From Ostreococcus lucimarinus (taxonomy: Eukaryota), in assembly GCA_000092065.1 (NCBI GenBank), contig CP000581.1: 64,000 nt of DNA. One strand, given 5' to 3'. How positions within the stretch are numbered: the first letter of the stretch is position 1; each line of letters opens with the position of its first letter. Positions 56,540-64,000 of the stretch are shown here, in pieces. A program made the position numbers and the translations under genes. The notes beneath the pieces were generated by a model. That model was not told the DNA's origin and searched no databases. It worked only from the letters and a program-made list of their open reading frames with translations.

Positions 56540-59500
56540 GCTGGACGGCGGAGACGCCGTTCGCGCCGTTCGCGGCGTGGGTGCACGACGTGCGCGGAAT
56601 CGCGGATGACGACGGCGCGCGCGGGCGCGCGATGGCGATCGGATTCAGCGATAACGCGGTGGAGCTGTGGAGGCGAGACGCGGAGGGCGACGGTTGGACG
56701 CGCGCGGAACGCGTGGAATGCGAGTCGAGATGTTTGCTTTATACGCTCGCGCTGAGCGCGAGCGAGACGTGGGCGGGGATGACTGTGGCGGCAGGAACGA
56801 TATTTAACGACGTGCAGCTGTGGTGCGTGCGCGATGGGGCGGTTCGCGTGAAATGCGTCGGGCACGAAGGATCGTTGATGCGCGTGCGATTCGGCGAAGA
56901 CGGAGACGTCGTGTACTCGTCTTCGGACGACAGAACGGCGCGTGTGTGGGACGTGCCCGAGAACGCGATGGATTCAAACACGTGCGTTTCCGTTCGCCCG
57001 AGCGCGGTGCTGGCTGGTCACGTCGCGCGCGTATGGGATTGCGTGCGCATCGACGGCGAACGGCCCGTGTACGCCACGGCGGGGGAGGATTGTACGGTGC
57101 GCGTGTGGGATGCAAATAACGCTCGTGGTACGGAGACCCTCGAGCAAGGCGTCACGCGAAGACCGCAGTGCGAGCTCGCTGTACTTCGAGGCCATCGTGG
57201 ACGTGGTATATGGCGCGTGTGTAAACTAAAAGCGTTCAACGGCGACGTCGTGCTCGCGAGCGCCGGCGCCGACGGCAGCGTAAAGATTTGGAACATGAGC
57301 GATTGGACTAGCGCAAGCGCGGGACAGAAAGACAGCATGGCGCTACACGAAAGCGTGACGCCGTGTCCCGACGGTAAGCTTACCTCGGACGATGCCGCAG
57401 ACTCGACGGACATCGAAATGCACGAGGAACCCGCTGAGAGCGCTTCGTCGAAAAAGCGCAAAAAGAAGAGCAAACGCCGCAAGAGCTTGTTCGGCCCGAA
57501 CGACGAGTACATTCGCGCCGTTCGCATCGCTCGATACGGTGTGATATACGTAGCAACGAACTGCGGAATCTTGTATCGCGTAACGATATCATCGAAAGGC
57601 GCCGCGTGGGTGTGGGAGCGCGTATGCGAGAGCGCGTCGCCACTCATGTCGATGAGCGTCGAACGGACGGATGATTCGGACGTCGTCGCCGTTTCTGATT
57701 TGGAAGGGATCATAAAAATTGCTCACATTTCGTGTCACACGGGCTCGTGCACGAATTTGATTTCCTTCAGAGCGTCCGAAACTCGTGTTTTGATGGATGT
57801 GTTCTTGAAGAACGGGTACGTGTTCGCGTCCATCGTAGGCGGCGTCATCAAGTGTTGGCGGCGCGACGAAGTCGAACAGTGCGTGTTCACTTTGCGCAAC
57901 CCGTACAAACATCGAATATTGGCGCTTGACTATTCCGAAGAATTGCAAATAGTCGCCGTCGGCGATCAAAAAGGAAATTTGTGTGTTTTCGACGCGAATA
58001 CGAAAGCTGATGATCTCGTCGTGCTGGCGAAGAAGTGGTCGGCGCACGAAAAGGCGTCTTCCATTAACGCGTGCGAAATCCATCCTGGTCCAGTGTTCAT
58101 GACAGGCGGACGAGACTCGAACGCGTGCTGTTGGAGTGTTTCCGGAGATGGTGAACTCGTGTTGGATACGAAATGGACTGCACCGTCGAAAGCGAGTGTG
58201 CTCTTTTTATCCGCCACCGCAAACGGCGATTTCTCGCGCGCGGCTGGATTTCGCGAGACGGACTTTGTCGCGTATTCCGTAAGCGATCAACGTCAGATGA
58301 TTCGCATACCTTGTCACGCACAAAATGTACCGCACGACGTTTTTATGGGTGACGGCGATCGCATCATCTTCGTGCATCGATACAAAACGTCGCTTCACAT
58401 CTCGATGCGGTGGTCCGAGCAAGACGTCGTCGAGGACAAATCCGGTGCGCTTTGGTCTCATGGGTAAGTATTTCCCGACTCTTTTTTCTCGCAGCGATCC
58501 AGTGATCATAACGTATGTAGTAATGTGAGGCGGCGCATCGAGCGTCCTACCGGCTCGTCGCGTTCGTCGCGGACATTGCCCCTAGCTCACTAGATGACGG
58601 CGGTGTAGCGACGACGAGCGACGAGTGACAATCATGAACGCAGAAGGCAATTATGAGGATCGAATTCACATTTTTCGCTTTAAAAGATCTATGTACGAGA
58701 CAAAGACTGACGAAATGCACACCCGCATGTAGACGTGAGATACACACGATACGCTTCGTTCCACCTCCAGGTAGCGCAGAGAACGCGCCGCTCGGTGTCG
58801 TTTCCGGCGCTGAAGACGGAACAATCATGCGGTTGCTTTACGATGCAACGCGACGAGATGGCGCACGTGTGTACTCTCCGAGCGATATTTGCAAGCATCC
58901 AGGAGGGCGAACGGTCAAATCGTTGAGTATTTACAAAGAGAATGACCACTCGTACGTGTTATGCGCCGGAGGCGCGAAAGAAGTCTTGCTCGCCTTTCGT
59001 CTGACGTGGTCGCGCGACAAGACGGGTGCGTGGGACTTCAAGTCCGCCGCGCTCGTCATACCAAAACCGGAAGATAAGCCAGGCACGCGAGCTTGGACCA
59101 AAGGGTGCGGGTACGTCGAACCGAGGGCGGAAAGTGACCAGCGAATCATGGACGTGGCCACGTACGCGCGCGACGGGGAAATGCGCGTACTTTACTCGAC
59201 GAGTCTCGGTGCCGTGACCATCGTCGCCATGAGCGAGATAAATCGAGCATGGCGTATGATTTCGTCATTGAAACATCATTCGTGTCCAGCGCTCGCCGTG
59301 GACGTGCTTGAACGCTCAAGGGTTTGGGCGTGCAGCGGTGGCACCGACGGTGGCATCGCCGTGTGGCTTCTCGACGATGCCGAAGTTGCCGCTCCCGTGT
59401 GCGTGATAGAACGCGCGCATCAGTCCGGCGTCAACGCCCTATGTATATCACATACGTCGGATGAAAACGTCTTTATCATCGTCAGCGGTGGAGACGACCA

Positions 59501-59819
59501 AACTTTGCGCGTGCAAGAGTTTCGCGTCGACGACGCGTCGGCATCGCCGAGTCGCCTCGCCGAATTCAAGTTTTCGCACAGCTCCGCGATGCGAAGCGTC
59601 TGGTCCGACGGCTCGCGTATCATTTCGACAAGCGTCGATCAACGAGTGAAAATATGGGACATCGCATCGCTCGACGCGCGGTTGGAAATTGTTCCTCGCG
59701 AAGGCGTCGTGACGCAAACGCCCGAACCAGAAGCCATCGACGTGCATCGCGCGCGAGACGGCGCGCTCACGCTCGCCGTCGCCGGACGCGGGTTCGAGTT
59801 GTACGACATCAAAACATAG
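56227..59819 (+). CDS. WDR6-like multi-WD40 protein (tRNA 2'-O-methylation cofactor family), 2 exons
   Basis: Exon 1 56227..58463 and exon 2 58733..59819 joined across a 269-nt intron. GTAAGT donor at 58464; ACTGAC box (A at 58710); acceptor TAG ends at 58732. Start ATG is residue 209 of ORF 55603..58467. More than 12 WD repeats span both ORFs. Confidence 0.7.
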
Positions 59820-59908
59820 CTCAATAGAATAGCACGGTAGTCATGCTTTAGATAGGAGGAGAGGCACACTCGCGATAAAATTATTTCTCGTCGTCCATCA
59901 CAACAACC

Positions 59909-60395
59909 TTACGCCGACTTGGACGACGTGTACGCCGAAATCTTCGCGATCGCGTGCAGCATCGTCACGAACCCGATGAAGCACACCGACATCCCAAGCA
60001 CCACCACGGGCGTGATCTTCAACCCCGGGCTCTCATCCGTGTAGAATCGCAACAGACTCCCCGAACCTTGCGGCGGTCGTCTGACGTTCCCCTCCCCCGA
60101 GTTCCCCGCGTTCGCGCGTCGTCGCACCGAACCTACCGCCGCTCGACATCGCGTCGTCAGTCATCACGCCGGACGCGTTCGCCATCGCGCGCGACGCGCC
60201 GCGCGCGTCCACCGCGCGCCTCGCGTCGCCCGCAAAGTTGATTCACATTCACGATTCCGCATCCGAGATCGTTCGCTCGTTCCTCGCGCGTCGCCGCGCG
60301 CGCTCGCGCGCGCGCGTCGCGGCATCGCTCGACCGCGTCGTCGCGCCGTCGTCGACGCCGCGCGCGTCGAGTCGTCGCCGTCGCGCACCTGACAT
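59909..60395 (-). CDS. SEC61B: Sec61 beta subunit (translocon), 2 exons with 7-nt first exon
   Basis: Exon 1 60389..60395 (ATG TCA G) and exon 2 59909..60132 (…GSGSLLRFYTDESPGLKITPVVVLGMSVCFIGFVTMLHAIAK…). 256-nt intron with GTGCGC donor; ACTGAC box (A at 60157); acceptor TAG at 60133-60135. All three are anchored to neighbouring ORF-track frames. Product is 76 aa. Confidence 0.7.
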
Positions 60396-60445
60396 CGTCG
60401 AACGTCGAGCCGTCGATCAGTGCCGGGCGCGCGCCACACGACGAC

Positions 60446-61500
60446 ATGCCGCGCTCGCGGCGCGCGGCGCTCGCGCTCGCGCTCTGCGCGCTCGCCGCGC
60501 GGTGCGCGACGACGCGCGCGTTCGTCCTCAACCTTCGTCGGGAATCGACGGAGTGTCTGTACGCGGTGCGGGCGCGATGATCGATGCGAAGCGACGCGCA
60601 GAGTTTCGCGTCGCGTTCCAAACGACTGACGACGACGACGACGACGCCGACGACGCGCAGACGCTGCGCGCGGACGATACCGTGAATTGCGATGCGATGG
60701 ACGTCGTCGTGCACGCGCGGTTCGTCCTGCGCGAAGGGACGGACGTGGAGGGGACGCTGCGGGACGCGCGCGGCGCGGAGGCGGCGCGCTGGACGTTCGA
60801 CGAGCGACGAAGCGACGGCGACGCGGACGACAGAGGACGGGCGAAAGAGATCGAGGTGAAGACGCGTGGATGCGGGGATTATGAGGTGTGCTTTCATCAC
60901 GCGCGCGGGAAGTCGAAGGAGGCGAGGATAGAGGTTGATTATTTTCAGGCGTTGCGCGAACCGTCGGCGAACGGCGACGACGTCGAGGCGAGGATAGAGG
61001 ACGAATCGGAGAAGGCGAAACGTGAACGCGCGAAACGATCGACGAGCGAGGGACTCCGGACGGATGGCGTGTTGAGCGTGTCGAGCAAGGCGTCGGGGTT
61101 GAACAATTGGGTGCAGCAGTTACGAGAAGAGATGAATTATTTACGCGTGAGAGCCGAGCGACACAAAAAAACGGTGGAATCGAACGCGCGACGCATGGTT
61201 CGCACGACTTTCATAGAAGTCTGCGTCCTCATCGGCGTCACCGGGGTACAGGTGATGACGGTGAAACGATTTTTCGACGTTCAGACGCGCTCGCACGAGC
61301 GTTTCCGTACACAATTCGGCGGCGCGTCGTCCGCGTTCGCCGGCGGTTTCGAAGCCGCCTCGCGCCACGTCGCCGGTCCGATGGCGGATGCGTTCTCATC
61401 CGGCGCTAACGCCGCGCAGCGCGGCGTCGCGGGTCTCTTAAAATCAATCGGCCGCTCTTCCGCGCCATCGCGCGCGAGGCACGATTACCACCTAGGATAG
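60446..61500 (+). CDS. p24/emp24 (TMED) cargo receptor: signal peptide + GOLD domain + coiled-coil + TM, 2 exons
   Basis: Exon 1 60446..60565 (MPRSRRAALALALCALAARCATTRA|FVLNLRRESTECLYA) is in a frame not listed in the ORF track. GTGCGG donor; ACTGAC box (A at 60629); acceptor CAG ends at 60660. Exon 2 60661..61500 (…GCGDYEVCFHHARGKSKEARIEVDYF…TM…VKRFF). The unusually long post-TM tail (~75 aa) is unresolved. Confidence 0.7.
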
Positions 61501-61778
61501 TCGGTCGATTCGTCGCTCGCCGTCGACTGAAATTCAAAAAGTGCCCAGTCGTCGCCCAGTCATCCATCTCGTCGCGTCCGTCCCGCACTCGCGCGCGCGC
61601 CTCGCCGCGAACCGCGTCCCGGTCGCCGCGCGCGTCGAGCCGCGTCATCTCGCTCACCACGCGCGTCGCGCGCGCGCGCCGCGCGCTCCCGACGTTCCGT
61701 CGCGCGTTTTCAATCCTCACCGGCGTCGACCTCCCCGCGCCGCGATCGCGCGCACCGCCGTCGTTCGGCGCGCCCGCG

Positions 61779-63296
61779 ATGACGGAGACGTCGTGTAAGG
61801 GCGACCACGGGCACGAGTACGACGTCGTCGTCATCGGCGGTGGCTCCGGCGGGCTCGCCGCGGCGAAAGAAGCGGCGAAACACGGCGCGAAAACGATGTG
61901 TCTGGACTTCGTCAAGCCGAGCCCGGCGGGGACGACGTGGGGACTCGGCGGGACGTGCGTGAACGTCGGATGCATCCCGAAGAAGCTCATGCATCAAGCG
62001 GGGATCCTGGGAGAGTCGTTCAGCGATGCGCGGGAGTACGGGTGGAAACTCGCGAGCGAAGGACACGATTGGGGGAAGATGGTGGAACAGATTCAAAACC
62101 ACATCGGGTCGCTGAATTTCGGGTATCGCACGACGCTGCGAGAGAAGAACGTGACGTACGTGAACGCGTACGGACGGTTTAAGGATAAGAATACGATCAT
62201 CGCGACGAAAAAGAATGGACAAGAACAGGTGATCACGACGGATAAAGTGGTCGTCGCGGTGGGAGGACGACCGTCGTATCCCGACGCGCCGGGGGCGAAG
62301 GAATGTTGCATCACGAGCGACGATATTTTTTCCAAGCCCGAGGCGCCGGGGAAGACGCTGTGCGTGGGCGCGTCGTACATCTCGCTCGAAACCGCTGGGT
62401 TCTTGACCGCGCTTGGGTTTGACACGGCGGTGGCGATTCGATCGATTCCGCTGCGTGGATTTGATCAAGAAGTCGCGGAGAAGATTGTCAAGTACATGGG
62501 CGAGCACGGCACGCGCTTCTTACGCGATTCGCAACCGACGGTGTTCGAAAAGCAAGAGGATGGCAAGATCAAAGTAACGTTTGAAAACACCATGTTCGGA
62601 AACACGTTTGAGGAAACTTTCGACACCGTCGTGTGCGCCGTCGGAAGAGACGCGGTTACGGAAGGCTTGGACCTTCCCGCGGCTGGCGTCGAGTTCAACC
62701 CGAAGAACGGTAAAATCGCGTGCGTAGACGAGCAAACCAACGTGGATAACATTTACGCCATCGGCGACGTGCTCGACACGCGCCAAGAGCTCACGCCCGT
62801 AGCCATCAAGGCGGGTGTGCGGCTGATGCGACGCGTCTTCGCGGATACTCCGTACAAGGAAAAGATGAACTACGACCTCGTGCCCACGACTGTCTTCACT
62901 CCGCTCGAGTACGGCACGATTGGCATGAGCGAAGAGCTCGCGGTGGAGACGTACGGCGCGGATAATGTCGAGTGCTACGTGTCTTACTTCAAGCCTTTGG
63001 AGTGGACGTTGAACCACGAGGAGCACAAAGGCGTGCCCGTTCGCGGCGACAACGCGTGCTACGTCAAGCTCATCACCAATTTGGCTGACGACGAGCGCGT
63101 TGTTGGTTTCCATTACTTGGGACCGAATGCCGGGGAGGTGACGCAAGGCTACGCCGTAGCGATGAAGATGGGCGCGACGAAGAAAGACTTCGATGAGACG
63201 GTCGGCATTCACCCGACGGTTTCCGAAGAGTTTACGATTCTCGAAATCACGAAGCGCAGTGGCATCGACCCCACAAAGAAAGGCTGCTGAGGATAA
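61779..63296 (+). CDS. TXNRD: High-Mr (animal-type) thioredoxin reductase selenoprotein; UGA at 63288-63290 read as selenocysteine
   Basis: FAD/NADPH disulfide oxidoreductase with CVNVGC redox-active site and dimerisation domain. The ORF track stops at TGA 63290, but the context …AAA GGC TGC TGA GGA TAA (63294-63296) gives the hallmark C-terminal Gly-Cys-Sec-Gly-stop of Sec-containing TrxR. Confidence 0.88.
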
Positions 63297-63689
63297 GTCA
63301 GCCACCGTGCGCGTGGAGTAGAGTGGAAACTGGGGCGCATTTTGCCCATTCGGCTCTTTCCATACGGTGGCTCGCTTTCGCTATGAAACACGAAAGCTCT
63401 CTCTGCGCAATTCGATCAATGAGGAAACCAGAAACAGTGACGATGAACGTCGTAAACACACTCAATGTGTCGACGTCATTTGATGAAGCTGGTTTCATTC
63501 TCGAATGTTCATGCGAACACGATTTCTCGCGCAAATCTATTTTGCGCGACGAGCGAAAGATCGCTTCGCGAACGCGAGAACCATGATTGAGATGCGTTAG
63601 GGATCAACAGCAACGATCATTGCATACTTTGTATTACAGACGTTTACAGACCTACGTCACACGCGCGCACCCCCAGCCTCGACACTAAT

Positions 63690-64000
63690 TTACCCCAATA
63701 CCATGCGAGCGACGCGAGTCTTCCACTCCGCGGGCGGCGAATACACTAGGGGAGGATCGGTGATCAAACCAAACCCCAAAAACCCAAGCCCGCGCGTCTT
63801 TTGTAACACAGGCTTTTCGCGTTGGAAACAATCGACAGAGTATCTGCCGTGGTATCTGCCGAAACCACTTTCGCCGACGCCACCGAAGGGTAATCCATCG
63901 TGAGCGCAGTGCGTCAACGTGCCGTTGACGGTGACCCCGCCGGCGTGTGTGTTATCAATTAATATACGCGTCTTCGACGCTGTTCGAGAGAACACGTACA
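63690..64000 (-). CDS. Partial CDS (5' end beyond window): aldehyde dehydrogenase, C-terminal exon
   Basis: …NTHAGGVTVNGTLTHCAHDGLPFGGVGESGFGRYHGRYSVDCF… matches the ALDH C-terminal region (ALDH3-like). Confidence 0.7.
   Translation of the reverse strand, partial: YVFSRTASKTRILIDNTHAGGVTVNGTLTHCAHDGLPFGGVGESGFGRYHGRYSVDCFQREKPVLQKTRGLGFLGFGLITDPPLVYSPPAEWKTRVARMVLG

Noticed and set aside
60067-60136. Alternative 70-nt intron model for Sec61 beta (ATG at 60149)
   Set aside because: Lacks the ACTGAC branch box found in every other intron. The box at 60156-60161 instead supports the acceptor at 60133-60135 and a far-upstream 7-nt first exon.
61260-61500. Second intron at the 3' end of the p24 gene that would give a canonical short KRFF tail
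   Set aside because: No GTGCGY/GTAAGT-type donor followed by an ACTGAC box in this interval. Left as an unresolved long tail.

Overview
This 64-kb window reads as GC-rich (~65%) eukaryotic nuclear DNA, not a prokaryotic locus. I recognise about 42 protein-coding genes on both strands, roughly one per 1.5 kb, with intergenic spacers from 0 to about 500 bp. Introns are few, short (73-269 nt) and concentrated at gene 5' ends.

The gene content is green-lineage and housekeeping:
- Core machinery: CDC48, mitochondrial ATP synthase gamma, a dynamin-related protein, Sin3, Rad21/Rec8 kleisin, PRP38, PHF5A, prefoldin 6, Sec61 beta, a p24 cargo receptor, organellar uL2, TRM2, a WDR6-like protein and a BRWD-like protein.
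- Green-lineage markers: an HY5-type bZIP, a PsbP-domain lumenal protein, a DUF1995 protein, a GpsA-type G3P dehydrogenase and a lumen-targeted FKBP.
- Also present: a flagellar GAS8/DRC4 homologue, calmodulin, and a UGA-Sec thioredoxin reductase.

Together with the chlorophyte TGTAA poly(A) motif seen at a few 3' ends, this suggests a Mamiellophyceae-like (Micromonas-type) picoalga; this is inference only.

I found no rRNA, tRNA, CRISPR array or recognisable mobile element.

The most notable observations are:
1. All 18 introns I could model share an invariant ACTGAC branch-point box 17-55 nt upstream of the 3' splice site, and most use GTGCGY donors. I used this signature to recover micro-exon 5' ends that the ORF track misses.
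2. Several head-to-head gene pairs have ATG codons only 41-77 bp apart, and one pair shares a palindromic CATG.
3. An H3-fold (CenH3-like) histone gene carries a stop-free 108-nt intron in the loop-1 region.
4. The thioredoxin reductase ends in a Gly-Cys-Sec-Gly TGA recoding site.
5. An FKBP carries a PDZ-like insertion.

All coordinates are anchored to the supplied ORF track. Product calls rest on motif-level recognition, not on database searches.
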